Positions 1-9,706 of a DNA stretch of 64,000 nt are shown one piece after another (position 1 is the stretch's first letter; each line of letters opens with the position of its first letter). The position numbers and the translations under genes are program-made. The DNA comes from an uncultured virus (IMG/VR IMGVR_UViG_3300015607_000776). Taxonomy: Duplodnaviria; Heunggongvirae; Uroviricota; Caudoviricetes. The notes under the pieces were generated by a model that did not search any database, had not been told where the DNA came from, and saw only the letters and a list, made by a program, of their open reading frames with translations. The stretch lies in the IMG/VR virus record IMGVR_UViG_3300015607_000776; one strand, written 5' to 3'.

Positions 1-325
1 AAGGGGTAATAAGTGAAAAGCATTTATGTGTCTTCTCATATCTGAAATGATATTCACCAATCAATGCTTCCATATGATAGTATAACCAATCGTAATTATA
101 TCTTGATTCGCGAACCCATTTAGAACAGGGATGATTTTTGTGAGTAATGTTGTATAATGCCAGATCATAATTTGCATCACTCAAATTGCCTTCTTTATCA
201 CCATCAAGGACGCGATGTGCTGTTGAAAGCATTTGAGCAGACTCAAGGATCATTTTTACAACATGCTTATCACAAAGACATTGCGCTGCCACATATGGAT
301 CCGAATCAACCATAAAAATGTTCAT
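1..325 (-). CDS. Pyrimidine-dimer DNA glycosylase-like conserved phage protein (3' truncated by window)
   Basis: Manual translation MNIFMVDSDPYVAAQCLCDKHVVKMILESAQMLSTAHR matches a recalled family signature. Confidence 0.55.
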   Translation of the reverse strand, partial: MNIFMVDSDPYVAAQCLCDKHVVKMILESAQMLSTAHRVLDGDKEGNLSDANYDLALYNITHKNHPCSKWVRESRYNYDWLYYHMEALIGEYHFRYEKTHKCFSLITP

Positions 326-327
326 TG

Positions 328-672
328 CTACACCACCAATTTGATTCCATAATTTGCCCCCTTCTTAACAAACGTGAATTTACCTTTGATAACACCACCT
401 GTCATATGAGGTAGCATATCTGTGAAGTCACTTAGGAAAACACTGTACCTATTGTTTGCATCGTCAATTAGCATAAATGACACAGAGCTTCTGCCTCTGT
501 AGTAATTCTCATAACGGAGTGTTGCGTCGAATTCATAATTTGGAACTAAGTTAAGTCCACCGTCATAATATGCATATTCACTATGATAGATATAATGCAC
601 ACAGTCACACTTTCTACTAAAATCAAAATTTTTGCGCATAGGCACTTGCCATTTTGCCATAGTAATCTCCAA
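328..672 (-). CDS. Hypothetical protein
   Basis: ORF packed in - strand operon. Confidence 0.6.
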   Translation of the reverse strand: MEITMAKWQVPMRKNFDFSRKCDCVHYIYHSEYAYYDGGLNLVPNYEFDATLRYENYYRGRSSVSFMLIDDANNRYSVFLSDFTDMLPHMTGGVIKGKFTFVKKGANYGIKLVV

Positions 673-716
673 AATAAAAAATGGTCAGTTTATACCCATG
701 ACCAGGGGTTAATCAC

Positions 717-1253
717 TTACAGAAGATCGGAAATAGTCAATTCATCGACTGCATCAAAGTCTTCATCCACCGAGAATGAAGTTGCCTTTGGAGGAGTCTT
801 TACTTCCTCTTCCTTCTTTGCCTTGACTTTAGCAAGAGCAGTTTTGAGATTTTCAAGATTCTTCGCCTTGGTTGCGGCAGTCTTTGCCTTCTCAGACACC
901 TTCTTTACAGGTGCCTTCGATTCCTTCTTAGCAACCTTAGGGGACTTCTCCGCCTTGGGCGCCTTTGCAGCAACCTTAGTTGCCTTCTTTGCCTTTGCGG
1001 GAGCAGACTTGGGAAGGTCGCGATACTCTGAGGCATTCTCAGGCTCCTTCTTGAGGGTATAAGAGACGATATTTCGACCGTCCTTCTTTACGTCAAATTC
1101 AAAACCCCAACGACGCATAACTGACATATGCTTGGAGTAATAAGAACCTGTGCCACCAACATGCTTATCAATATCTTCCGGGGTTGCGGTAGCACCAACC
1201 TTTGGGAAGACTTCCAGCGCCTTGCGATGCTGACATTTACGAGTTTTTGCCAT
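717..1253 (-). CDS. Putative DNA-binding protein with Lys/Ala-rich (histone H1-like) tail
   Basis: KA/KP-rich C-terminal half; RBS AAGGA; promoter upstream. Confidence 0.6.
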   Translation of the reverse strand: MAKTRKCQHRKALEVFPKVGATATPEDIDKHVGGTGSYYSKHMSVMRRWGFEFDVKKDGRNIVSYTLKKEPENASEYRDLPKSAPAKAKKATKVAAKAPKAEKSPKVAKKESKAPVKKVSEKAKTAATKAKNLENLKTALAKVKAKKEEEVKTPPKATSFSVDEDFDAVDELTISDLL

Positions 1254-1288
1254 AATATAGTTTCCTTATTTCCAGTTTCAGATTGGAT

Positions 1289-1317
1289 ATAGTATCATAC
1301 CCAGGATCATTTGTCAA
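1289..1317 (-). promoter_or_regulatory. Sigma70-type early promoter
   Basis: TTGACA-N17-TACTAT on - strand. Confidence 0.7.
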
Positions 1318-1320
1318 TAG

Positions 1321-1683
1321 TTAATATGCATAGAAAGAAAAGCTTTCCGAATCCTTATATTTGGGTTCTTCCGGGAAAACATAATCACCTTTATTTGAGT
1401 AATATTTCCGTCGGAATAATTCCTCTGCTTGTTTCCTATTCTTTGCTACGATAGCATCCTTTACGTCCAATTCATAATAGGATGAAATAATTTTAGTCAT
1501 TCGGATATCATAAGTGAATAATTTTGATTTGCTTCCTGCTCTCAATCTCTTTTTTGTTTGCTTGACGTGTTTTGTAAATTCACCTGCGGGCATATCGCAC
1601 CACTTTTGAATTTCTTCCTTAGTTGGGTTGCCAAGAATTCCCCAAGGATTAGTTGTTTCATCTGTCATATCACATTCACCCAC
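1321..1683 (-). CDS. Hypothetical protein
   Basis: ORF in early operon; true start probably at MTDETT. Confidence 0.55.
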   Translation of the reverse strand: MGECDMTDETTNPWGILGNPTKEEIQKWCDMPAGEFTKHVKQTKKRLRAGSKSKLFTYDIRMTKIISSYYELDVKDAIVAKNRKQAEELFRRKYYSNKGDYVFPEEPKYKDSESFSFYAY

Positions 1684-1859
1684 TGCATCGCAGTTCTCAA
1701 AAGCTGATTGTAGTCTCCTGAAGTTGCTTCCTCCGTGAAAGAATCAATTTCAGACTTTGGGAGATTTGCCTTCTTCAATTCCCTAACGACCTTTGCAAGG
1801 ATGCTGAATGCATTACCATCCGTGCCGATAAGTTTAACAGTAATCTCTGGATGCTTCAT
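1665..1859 (-). CDS. Conserved small phage protein (GxDGNAFxIL motif)
   Basis: Motif recognised; coupled to neighbours. Confidence 0.65.
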   Translation of the reverse strand: MKHPEITVKLIGTDGNAFSILAKVVRELKKANLPKSEIDSFTEEATSGDYNQLLRTAMQWVNVI

Positions 1860-2056
1860 TAGTGATATATCACTTTTGCTTGTTCAACGTGATCTTGAGG
1901 ACCGAGTGCCATGATCGCGAGTGCCCTTACTTCCCCGCGAGTAATGTTCCTGTCATAGTTGCGAAGATACCTAAAAATATCTTCATCGGAGGAAGCACCA
2001 CGCTCATATGCTTCAAAAATCCAAGACTGAACCTTCTTAATTCTTTCGATCTTCAT
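1859..2056 (-). CDS. Hypothetical protein
   Basis: TAATG stop/start coupling. Confidence 0.55.
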   Translation of the reverse strand: MKIERIKKVQSWIFEAYERGASSDEDIFRYLRNYDRNITRGEVRALAIMALGPQDHVEQAKVIYH

Positions 2057-2235
2057 CTTTGATATCCTTCAATACAGTTTTGATAAAGAAAATTAGAACC
2101 GAGTATGCAACCCATCCACTGAAAGCAACCCACATCAAAATAGCAATGAAAGTTACTATCACAAATAAAATATCTGCCATTTAGTTAATCCCTTATGAAG
2201 TAAAGCGGCCAGAAGAAAATGAATAGAATTGATTG

Positions 2236-2550
2236 TCATGTTTGCAATACCGATAGTTTTGTGCCTGCACATTCAGCAGTCCATTTCAGAGAATTTTCTG
2301 TAGGTACATAAATTGCTTTCGTTGCATTTACTTCTTGGAGTTTATACAAAACCTTTTTCCTTGTTCCCTTTATCATAATATACTTAGGAAACTGACCAGG
2401 TTTAAATCCAAGTGTTGAAGCTTCAGTGATGAAAGTTTTTTCATCCTTATCATAGGAGAAAAGATCAACACCGTAATTTGATCGTTTAGGAGAGGTATTC
2501 ATAAGGTTTATCCCATTTGCCGATATTAACATCAACATACCAACCGACAT
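2236..2550 (-). CDS. Hypothetical protein (dispersed paralog family)
   Basis: PKYIMIKGTRKKVLYK resembles ORFs at 9281, 14558, 17233. Confidence 0.5.
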   Translation of the reverse strand: MSVGMLMLISANGINLMNTSPKRSNYGVDLFSYDKDEKTFITEASTLGFKPGQFPKYIMIKGTRKKVLYKLQEVNATKAIYVPTENSLKWTAECAGTKLSVLQT

Positions 2551-2902
2551 TGAAATAGTCGGTCATAATGTCAGATTTATCCCAGTTGCCTTCTTGCAGG
2601 CATTCCATAAGTTCAGTCATAAACTTAAGGGGACGTCCAGTAAAATGATCCTTGAAGTGATAAGGATTGACAGAGATATAATTTCTTTGTCGCACATAGT
2701 CCAAGTTTTCCATATTGCAACGGGGATTCTCGGACATTGTTTCAATCCAGTTACCAATTAAGTCCATTTTACTAGACTTGATATTACAAACAATCGTTGA
2801 ATGATGGCGGACTGCGAATGAACCCTTGACACCATACTTCTTGAGAACCTTCTTTGCCTTTTCAGCAATTTGCTTTTTATGCTCTTGAGACATATATGCC
2901 AT
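2486..2902 (-). CDS. Conserved phage hypothetical protein
   Basis: C-terminal NWDKSDIMTDYFNVGWYVDVNIGKWDKPY motif. Confidence 0.7.
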   Translation of the reverse strand: MAYMSQEHKKQIAEKAKKVLKKYGVKGSFAVRHHSTIVCNIKSSKMDLIGNWIETMSENPRCNMENLDYVRQRNYISVNPYHFKDHFTGRPLKFMTELMECLQEGNWDKSDIMTDYFNVGWYVDVNIGKWDKPYEYLS

Positions 2903-2903
2903 G

Positions 2904-3239
2904 TTAGTTTCGCTCCCAATAGTTGAATTTCTTTGCAGAAGTATCTACCTTCGTCTCAGGATTGTTTTCCTGATACGACCACACCCGAGCAAGTCGCAGT
3001 TCCTCAGAATTGTTCTTCTGATTGTGGATCGCCTTAAGGCGGAGTTTGCGATAGTTGAAAGAAGTGTTGATGCACAGAACAATGTTAATCAGTTCTTGTT
3101 GCGCTTCAGGTGAAAGAGTTTCAAGCGCGTTTTGCACCTGTTCATTAAGACCCTTTACCTTGCGGCCCTTTGCCTTAAGGACTGCTTGGAGCGCCTTGAG
3201 AGCAGAAACGTTAGAATAAAGTTCTTTAGAGAGATACAT
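2904..3239 (-). CDS. Hypothetical protein
   Basis: ORF in operon. Confidence 0.55.
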   Translation of the reverse strand: MYLSKELYSNVSALKALQAVLKAKGRKVKGLNEQVQNALETLSPEAQQELINIVLCINTSFNYRKLRLKAIHNQKNNSEELRLARVWSYQENNPETKVDTSAKKFNYWERN

Positions 3240-3242
3240 TTT

Positions 3243-3560
3243 TCACCTTTTGTCAGAATTAAGAGAGGGGTTGATTTTGCGGATTAGTTCACGTTCTACA
3301 TTGTGAGCATTTGTCTTACCGCGCACGATTTGGAGAATTTCAACTTGGAATTTTTCTTCACCGTGACGACGAATTGCCTTGCAGAGTTTCCAGTCTCGGT
3401 TCTCTGTCAATGCTCTTTGTACGTGCTTTTTCCAACGTCTTTGGAGAGAAGCATTCGGACGACCGCGTTGGACGTGGGTCATGCCGATATAGACTTGCGC
3501 ACCGACCTTTATCTGATAGATAATGTGGTTGCGGTCGCATCGCTTTTTTCTCTTGATCAT
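3243..3560 (-). CDS. Small GIY-YIG domain protein
   Basis: IIYQI...VYIG, RW..H, E and LN motifs. Confidence 0.7.
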   Translation of the reverse strand: MIKRKKRCDRNHIIYQIKVGAQVYIGMTHVQRGRPNASLQRRWKKHVQRALTENRDWKLCKAIRRHGEEKFQVEILQIVRGKTNAHNVERELIRKINPSLNSDKR

Positions 3561-3566
3561 GTCATA

Positions 3567-3595
3567 ATAGTAACATGACTAGGAAACAATTGCAA
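3567..3595 (-). promoter_or_regulatory. Early promoter (partial copy of repeated cassette)
   Basis: TTGCAA-N17-TACTAT. Confidence 0.6.
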
Positions 3596-3650
3596 GCGCA
3601 AAAGGGGAAATGATTTTGCTTTGTTTGGGGGAAAGGGAAATAATATTCTC

Positions 3651-3710
3651 CCCGACTATATTGTTATATTATAACATATAGTGTAACATTATTACAACAA
3701 TATAGTCGGG
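3651..3710. repeat. 15-bp inverted repeat upstream of early promoter
   Basis: cccgactatattgtt ... aacaatatagtcggg. Confidence 0.85.
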
Positions 3711-3721
3711 GTACTGACTAG

Positions 3722-3901
3722 TTACTGTGGCAGTTCAACCGAAAATTCATGGCCGCAATTAGGACATTTATAGTCTATATAATCACCACAAGGATATCCA
3801 TCCCGCTGAGAAATTTCTTCAGCATCAGGGTGCACAACTTTAATTTCACGATTGCGAATTTTATTCCACGGGGTTTCTTTCGTGCAAATAATTTCTTTCA
3901 T
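3722..3901 (-). CDS. Small protein with CPxCG knuckle (59 aa)
   Basis: Manual translation MKEIICTKETPW...YKCPNCGHEF. Confidence 0.55.
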   Translation of the reverse strand: MKEIICTKETPWNKIRNREIKVVHPDAEEISQRDGYPCGDYIDYKCPNCGHEFSVELPQ

Positions 3902-3932
3902 AGATTTTTCCCATTACAAAATAGTTTTAAAT

Positions 3933-4106
3933 TTACTTGCCATAAAAGTCGTCTAGTTCGTCATAATCCTTTTCATGCTCACTCCAGGCCTTTGTCCAGT
4001 TTCTTACTGGTCGTCTGCGAGGTGAAAACTTCTTCTTACCGTTTCCATATTCATCGTCTTCATAGTCACGGTTCTTGTCAGAATTACGACTCTTACTATT
4101 CTTCAT
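3933..4106 (-). CDS. Small charged protein (57 aa)
   Basis: Manual translation MKNSKSRN...VRNWTKAW; RBS AAGGA. Confidence 0.55.
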   Translation of the reverse strand: MKNSKSRNSDKNRDYEDDEYGNGKKKFSPRRRPVRNWTKAWSEHEKDYDELDDFYGK

Positions 4107-4125
4107 TTTTCTAGTCCTTAGTTCC

Positions 4126-4539
4126 TTATATGATATATGCCTTTGCTAGTGCAAGGCCCTTTCTGTTTAGTTTATCACGCCAACATAAAAATGATGGTCC
4201 ATGTCCAATAGGTTCATCGTGAATAATCTGGTAGTGGTGAATCAACTCATGTGCCAAAACTTCAACAAAGAATTTCTTGGATGAATACCTTTTGTTCATA
4301 CACAACTTGCTGTATCCATAATTCGAGTCATCGTCATCAAAGACATGTTTATAGTAGGCATAGGCGCCGCGTCTCCAACGAATGTCGATTTCGTCCAAAG
4401 GAATAAGTTTGTTATCAAACACCTCTCTGTTAAGTATGTTGAACCACTTTTCACAATCCTCTATGGTAGTTTCATATACATTGTCTTCCTTACTTTTCAT
4501 TAACTTCAATAGATGTGATACTTGCTTTCTTTTTGCCAT
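4126..4539 (-). CDS. SprT-like zinc metalloprotease
   Basis: LAHELIH and HGxxF motifs. Confidence 0.8.
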   Translation of the reverse strand: MAKRKQVSHLLKLMKSKEDNVYETTIEDCEKWFNILNREVFDNKLIPLDEIDIRWRRGAYAYYKHVFDDDDSNYGYSKLCMNKRYSSKKFFVEVLAHELIHHYQIIHDEPIGHGPSFLCWRDKLNRKGLALAKAYII

Positions 4540-4578
4540 GCAATCCTCTTCTTAGAATTGTATAACTAAGATCACACA

Positions 4579-5001
4579 CTAAGGTAGTATATCTGGAAAT
4601 GCTTCCTTTACTAACTTATAATTCACACCCTTTGCATCAACCTTTTTCATTAACATATTCGCTAAAACTTTTGCTTCTTTTTCTTCCAAGGACTCCAGAA
4701 TTTGAATCAGGATTTCCTTCTTGCGTTGTTCTGATAATGTAGGAGGCACCTTGGGATTATTTTTTTCAAATAGGTACATTCTACCCAACTCTTGGTGAAT
4801 AGTGCTATACCCTAACCCAGGTGGTGCATCATCAGGTTTGTATTCAGGTATTTCTGTGAAAGTAAACTCCACTCTTGGATCAAAAGCACCCTTTAGGACG
4901 CTCTTGAGAGCATATGTTGAGTTCTGCCTTAGTACATTAATCTTGTCGGATTTTGAAGAGGCCTTTTCAACCTCCTCAAGAATTTCATAAACGTTCTTCA
5001 T
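4579..5001 (-). CDS. Conserved T4-like hypothetical protein (next to rnh)
   Basis: PEYKP, QILESL..EA..L and LVKEAFP motifs. Confidence 0.75.
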   Translation of the reverse strand: MKNVYEILEEVEKASSKSDKINVLRQNSTYALKSVLKGAFDPRVEFTFTEIPEYKPDDAPPGLGYSTIHQELGRMYLFEKNNPKVPPTLSEQRKKEILIQILESLEEKEAKVLANMLMKKVDAKGVNYKLVKEAFPDILP

Positions 5002-5009
5002 ATCATTTC

Positions 5010-5861
5010 CTAAAAGTCATCAGCACTCTCCATGATATTTGATAATCTGTTCTTAATCAGATAATTCAGGAAATTCATCTTGGTATTTACCTTTGTGTTT
5101 GAAAAACTCTCGATGATATTTTCTTGAACGGTCTGAGGAATATAATCAAAATCAACTAGCGCCTGGTTTCTTGCGTATCCCCGTAGCATGGTATCACTAA
5201 TACAAAAATCTTCTGGTTTTGACTTAACCCAAAACTCCAGATTCTTCTTATTTATGCTTTTCTGACGTTCCCCCTTGTAGAAGGTATCATCTGCTGACAG
5301 GAAATTGGGGATACCATCACCCCTGTCACCTCTGATAATGTGCTCCTTAACATAGACTTTGGGATTATCAGCCTTTAGAAAACGACCCAATAGCGGACTG
5401 TACTGAGTTACGTTCTTGTACTTCTGTAACTGGAGGAAGTCCTTATCAGAGGAAATGATTACACAACTTTCTGACTTGGAATACTCCTTCGATAGGACAG
5501 CGATAATATCATCCGCTTCCGCAGATTCAACTTCAATGACCTTATGAGGGAAGTTTTCCTTGAGTTCGTCTCTAATTTTATTGAGAGTGTTAAAGATCAT
5601 GTTCCAGTCAAAATCCGACTTATCACGGTCCTTCTTTCTGTGACTCTTGTAATACTGGAAAATATCCCTTCTCCAATACTTCTTACTGTCACAGCAAATT
5701 ACCATTTTGCCGTACTTTGTCCGAAACTGTTTGTTGTAAGATCGCAATATGTTTAACACAATATGACGGATCATACCTTCATTGATTTCCTTCTTGGGGT
5801 CATGTTTGACCTGAACCATTAAGGAAGCAATGGCAGTTTGGTTATAATCAAGTAAAATAAT
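5010..5861 (-). CDS. rnh: T4-type RNase H (5'-3' exonuclease), probable AUU start
   Basis: YWRRD..YYK, EADD, SSDKDFLQL, GDRGDGIPN motifs; conserved LLDYNQ lies upstream of first ATG. Confidence 0.9.
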   Translation of the reverse strand: MILLDYNQTAIASLMVQVKHDPKKEINEGMIRHIVLNILRSYNKQFRTKYGKMVICCDSKKYWRRDIFQYYKSHRKKDRDKSDFDWNMIFNTLNKIRDELKENFPHKVIEVESAEADDIIAVLSKEYSKSESCVIISSDKDFLQLQKYKNVTQYSPLLGRFLKADNPKVYVKEHIIRGDRGDGIPNFLSADDTFYKGERQKSINKKNLEFWVKSKPEDFCISDTMLRGYARNQALVDFDYIPQTVQENIIESFSNTKVNTKMNFLNYLIKNRLSNIMESADDF

Positions 5862-5897
5862 GACACAATTCCTTTTCCATTTTGAACGATTAGTATA

Positions 5898-6272
5898 TCA
5901 CACTTCCTCGTTAATGTCAATTCTTTCGACACCAGGAATATTACACTCCGGATCACGTTCATCTGAATCAGGATCAAATTCCTTGATCTGCACCGTTGTC
6001 TCGATCATTTTCTGGAGAGGGTGTTCCATGTCCATTGATCTATAGATTGATGCAGATAGGATTCCTGATAGGAGGACAAAGTCTCGTAGGAAGTCATCCC
6101 CCTCAGTGTCAATACCATAGTTTCCCAATTCCATCAGGATAAGAGAAGAAAGGTCATGCGCAACTGCGTCTGCATACTTTTTCATTCCCTTTTTGCGTAT
6201 CTTCTCCATGCCCTCTGCATTCATAGATTCACGGACAATCTTACTCTTTGGGAATTCTATTAGGTTGTTCAT
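5898..6272 (-). CDS. Conserved T4-like hypothetical protein
   Basis: N-terminal NLIEFP, C-terminal HPLQ motif. Confidence 0.7.
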   Translation of the reverse strand: MNNLIEFPKSKIVRESMNAEGMEKIRKKGMKKYADAVAHDLSSLILMELGNYGIDTEGDDFLRDFVLLSGILSASIYRSMDMEHPLQKMIETTVQIKEFDPDSDERDPECNIPGVERIDINEEV

Positions 6273-7426
6273 TTGATTACCTTTACTAGAATGACATCCT
6301 TATTTATGCGACCATTGACCGATTTTTCTTTAGTTGAAAGCTCATCCATAAGTCTCTTTAGGACAATCTTGCCACCCTCTTTCAACTTAGTTAATGTCTC
6401 ATGTGGTTTACGGAGCATCTTAGCAGTTGAGGTCTGCGGATCGAATCCTATAAGGGTAGAGCCCTTTACTCCCAGACCAACTGGACCCAATGCATTATAA
6501 ACCACGAGCACTCTCGTCTTAGTGTTATATACCCACAATTGGTTGCAACCAATGATTTCTGTGGGATTGACGCTTACTAGGTTCAAGTCATCATTCTTTT
6601 CCTTGAACCTGAGTTTCTGAACAATGACAGTTAAAGGCTTCTCTTTCTTCTTTCTAGGTTTCCTAGATACCTTTGCCACCACTGTTGCAGTTTCTGCCGC
6701 ACTTATAATGCTCTTGATAAACTCAACATACTTCTTTAGGTCGGGTTTCTTCCAAGACTTATAAGCGCCAGCAAGATCGGCATCCTTCTTATTAAGGATT
6801 TCATGCGCCTCAGCATATAGAGGAGCATAATACTCTGAGATAATTTTTGCGATTTGAGGTTTGATAGCATAGGTTCTGAACCATGAGGATGCATCAAACT
6901 CATACTTGTGATCGAGATAGAATTTATCCAGTTCTGCCTCAAGTTCACCGATCAACTCGGATGCCTTATTCTGGATCCTTTCTTGAATGGAGATTACTAC
7001 CTTGGGTGATTCCTCAACTTCCTGTGGTTCGGGTTCTGATACAGCCTGAACAAGTTTATTAATCTTGTTTACAACTGACTGCTTGATTTCTAGAGGAAGT
7101 TTTGAACCGTTGGACAGAAGACGACAATTCCATCCAACATTATGAAGCTCCCACGCAGGAATCTGGTTCAGTTTTTTGATAAGTCCCTTATTGGACTTTT
7201 GTTGAGATTTGAAGTAGGTGATAACAAATTGCTTTGCATCGTCGTCATTGTATATACTATTGTAATAGTTGTAAGCGTGCATTATTTCAATTCTAGTGCT
7301 ATTCTCGGTAAGTGTAGGTTCCGGGCCCGAAAACTTTGCCTTCAGTTCCGAACGTATCGATTTTGTTACTCGTCTCTTTTTAAGAGTCTTTGCCATTTTC
7401 AAAATCCGAATATCTTTTGGTGTCAA
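6269..7426 (-). CDS. Conserved T4-like hypothetical protein
   Basis: LWVYNTK.R.L, VKGSTL, LRKP, NGRIN motifs; start probably at MAKTL. Confidence 0.75.
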   Translation of the reverse strand: MTPKDIRILKMAKTLKKRRVTKSIRSELKAKFSGPEPTLTENSTRIEIMHAYNYYNSIYNDDDAKQFVITYFKSQQKSNKGLIKKLNQIPAWELHNVGWNCRLLSNGSKLPLEIKQSVVNKINKLVQAVSEPEPQEVEESPKVVISIQERIQNKASELIGELEAELDKFYLDHKYEFDASSWFRTYAIKPQIAKIISEYYAPLYAEAHEILNKKDADLAGAYKSWKKPDLKKYVEFIKSIISAAETATVVAKVSRKPRKKKEKPLTVIVQKLRFKEKNDDLNLVSVNPTEIIGCNQLWVYNTKTRVLVVYNALGPVGLGVKGSTLIGFDPQTSTAKMLRKPHETLTKLKEGGKIVLKRLMDELSTKEKSVNGRINKDVILVKVIK

Positions 7427-7685
7427 AGTCTTTAATCAGATTGACACCAAATGTTGTTTCCTTTTGGTGCTCTAATGTAGTCGCAGCATCCCATGCATCT
7501 TCAAACACATTATAAACTAGAGAATCACCAAACTGTTCATGGATAAAGTCCGCATTAGGTGTCCATGTCTCAGTGTTTTCGTCCCATGTTTGATAGATAT
7601 TTTCAACTGCTTCCATTAGTGCGATTCTAAATTCAGGTCCATATGTTTGCAATACATACACACCATTCTCACCAGATTCAGACAT
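7380..7685 (-). CDS. Hypothetical protein
   Basis: ORF with RBS. Confidence 0.6.
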   Translation of the reverse strand: MSESGENGVYVLQTYGPEFRIALMEAVENIYQTWDENTETWTPNADFIHEQFGDSLVYNVFEDAWDAATTLEHQKETTFGVNLIKDFDTKRYSDFENGKDS

Positions 7686-7721
7686 GATTAGCCCCCTTGT
7701 AGTTAGGTCTGTTAATCATAT

Positions 7722-7988
7722 TTATGATCTGTAGTCTTCACCTGGAGTAAATTCGATTGACTCCACAGAATCAAGTCTGAATGACCTCCAACCATTTGCT
7801 TCAATGTCCCAGCATGAAACAACTTCATCATTTGGTTCACGAGAAGAAGTTTCGGTAGGATCGGGTAACCACAATGGGTCAAGTGTTGCGAGCATGGTTC
7901 TCTCCGAACCATCACGCTTGATAAACCTTACAGTTGCAACACTGCACTTGAGACCTGCTACAACTTCTTCCTTCACTAGTTCTTTCAT
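7722..7988 (-). CDS. WYL-like/SH3-fold phage protein
   Basis: FIKRDGSER.M.ATL and WD....WRSFRLD motifs. Confidence 0.75.
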   Translation of the reverse strand: MKELVKEEVVAGLKCSVATVRFIKRDGSERTMLATLDPLWLPDPTETSSREPNDEVVSCWDIEANGWRSFRLDSVESIEFTPGEDYRS

Positions 7989-8239
7989 GGTAAATCTCCT
8001 AGGAGTTTTTGGATATCTTTGCTCTTTAAAAGTTGAATAAGCTTCTCGTCAAATCCTGGTGTAACAACCGACATTTTAAGAATGGTCATACACAAGGCAG
8101 CAGCCACGAGCATAACACTTTCCGGATCAGGACCATGGTTCTTCATGTTTCCGATAATCAATTTCAGAAGGTCATCTGATGTATTCAGAATCATTTCCGT
8201 CTTCAATTGATCCTCGTATACCTTACCTAATTTATCCAT
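7985..8239 (-). CDS. Hypothetical protein
   Basis: ORF downstream of TTGACT-N17-TAATAT promoter. Confidence 0.6.
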   Translation of the reverse strand: MDKLGKVYEDQLKTEMILNTSDDLLKLIIGNMKNHGPDPESVMLVAAALCMTILKMSVVTPGFDEKLIQLLKSKDIQKLLGDLP

Positions 8240-8536
8240 CTTTTCCTCTTTTCAGTAACACAGTATATTATCATACTATATATGGGAAGTCAAGCCACCT
8301 GTTTCAGATGGTTAACTTCCCACTTTTGCTTCATTTCATCCCAATGAAAGTTGGAAACAATCCAATGGATCATTTCCCCTTTGGAAGAAGTATTTGGGGA
8401 GTGCCCCGAAACCCTTTCCTGCATTGTCAGACACATACCAAGCAGCATATAGTAAGAAACCCCGGACAACATGTCCAGGGCTTGAGTTTCATCCAAATGT
8501 GTTCTTTTCAATTTCTTTAATTCTCCTAAAACTGGG

Positions 8537-8776
8537 TCATGGTTTGACAGGATAAGTACCAACTGGATATGTATCATACTCAACGATCAAAAGGTCTTCA
8601 ATCTTGACTCCAGTATTTCTATAACCACAACAAATCCATTTTACATACTTTTCGGCATCTTTGAAATAGTTCCAAATTTTACCAACTGGTTCTTTCTTAC
8701 CCTTACTTAAGGGTGCATAATTGGATCCAGTTAGGAATCTACCTGTCGGTACGTGTTTCACTTTATAAATTTTCAT
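8537..8776 (-). CDS. Hypothetical protein
   Basis: ORF with RBS GAGG. Confidence 0.55.
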   Translation of the reverse strand: MKIYKVKHVPTGRFLTGSNYAPLSKGKKEPVGKIWNYFKDAEKYVKWICCGYRNTGVKIEDLLIVEYDTYPVGTYPVKP

Positions 8777-9049
8777 TTATTCCTCATCTAGCAAATTACT
8801 ATCTATAAGTTCTCTAATAGGATCACCTTCATAGACCATGTAATAAATTTCTAGCAAAACACCTTCCAACTTATCGATATAGTCTGCCGCTTCATGTTGA
8901 ATAGGAGGTGCTTGAAATTGTCTCCAACCAAACTCAGGATTGCCATTAGGCAAATGAGGTCCACAAGCATATTTACCCCTAAGTCGATCTGTAAGTTTAT
9001 TTGACACCGTTACAGTTTTATTCAAAAATGGATCATTTACTTTCATCAT
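8777..9049 (-). CDS. Hypothetical protein
   Basis: ORF in operon. Confidence 0.6.
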   Translation of the reverse strand: MMKVNDPFLNKTVTVSNKLTDRLRGKYACGPHLPNGNPEFGWRQFQAPPIQHEAADYIDKLEGVLLEIYYMVYEGDPIRELIDSNLLDEE

Positions 9050-9063
9050 ATCACCTTAAAGGA

Positions 9064-9138
9064 TGGCGCTTCTAGGAAGATTTGAACTCCCACCTCCAAG
9101 TCCGTAGCCTGGCGATCTATCCATTAAACTATAGAAGC
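9064..9138 (-). tRNA. tRNA-Arg(ACG)
   Basis: Cloverleaf; loop CTACGGA; CCA. Confidence 0.9.
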
Positions 9139-9170
9139 ATTTTTGGTCAAATGTTCAAGAAAGTGCAATG

Positions 9171-9245
9171 TCTGGATAGTAGGATTCGAACCTACGATTT
9201 TTTGCTCCCAAAGCAAACCGATTGACCAGGCTATCGTATATCCAG
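9171..9245 (-). tRNA. tRNA-Pro(UGG), no encoded CCA, extended acceptor helix
   Basis: Loop TTTGGGA; GTTCGAATC. Confidence 0.85.
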
Positions 9246-9280
9246 ACATTGCACTCTCAATGCGCTACACCCCGTTAATC

Positions 9281-9616
9281 TTATTTAGAAACTTCCAAAA
9301 TCCACATATTATATTGAGTATCATTACCATTACATGGAGAAAACCATCGTATGTTACCAGTTAGCCGCATATTTAAAGGAGATAGATTTTTGATAATACT
9401 AAGATCGTTTAGTTGTGTTTTTAATTCAGGACCGGCAGAATCCTCTCTAAAATGTCCTGATCCAGATCCATATTTATAGTCAATAGTTTTAGTTCTTCCC
9501 TTTACCCTCAGGGTCAAACTATCATCGATAATCGAGTATGGAACATGAACAGAATGTGTTACTAATATACTATTGAAAATACTAAAATGCTCGGGTATGA
9601 GAATTGTAAAAGACAT
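9281..9616 (-). CDS. Hypothetical protein (paralog family)
   Basis: TLRVKGRTKTIDYKY. Confidence 0.5.
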   Translation of the reverse strand: MSFTILIPEHFSIFNSILVTHSVHVPYSIIDDSLTLRVKGRTKTIDYKYGSGSGHFREDSAGPELKTQLNDLSIIKNLSPLNMRLTGNIRWFSPCNGNDTQYNMWILEVSK

Positions 9617-9632
9617 GATATATTCCAGTGAA

Positions 9633-9706
9633 TGGTGCCCCTGGTAGGGATTGAACCTACCTTCTCGGTATGTAAAACCGAAGCTTTCCCAGATAGCTAC
9701 AGGGGC
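9633..9706 (-). tRNA. tRNA-Val(UAC)
   Basis: Loop TTTACAT; CCA. Confidence 0.85.
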
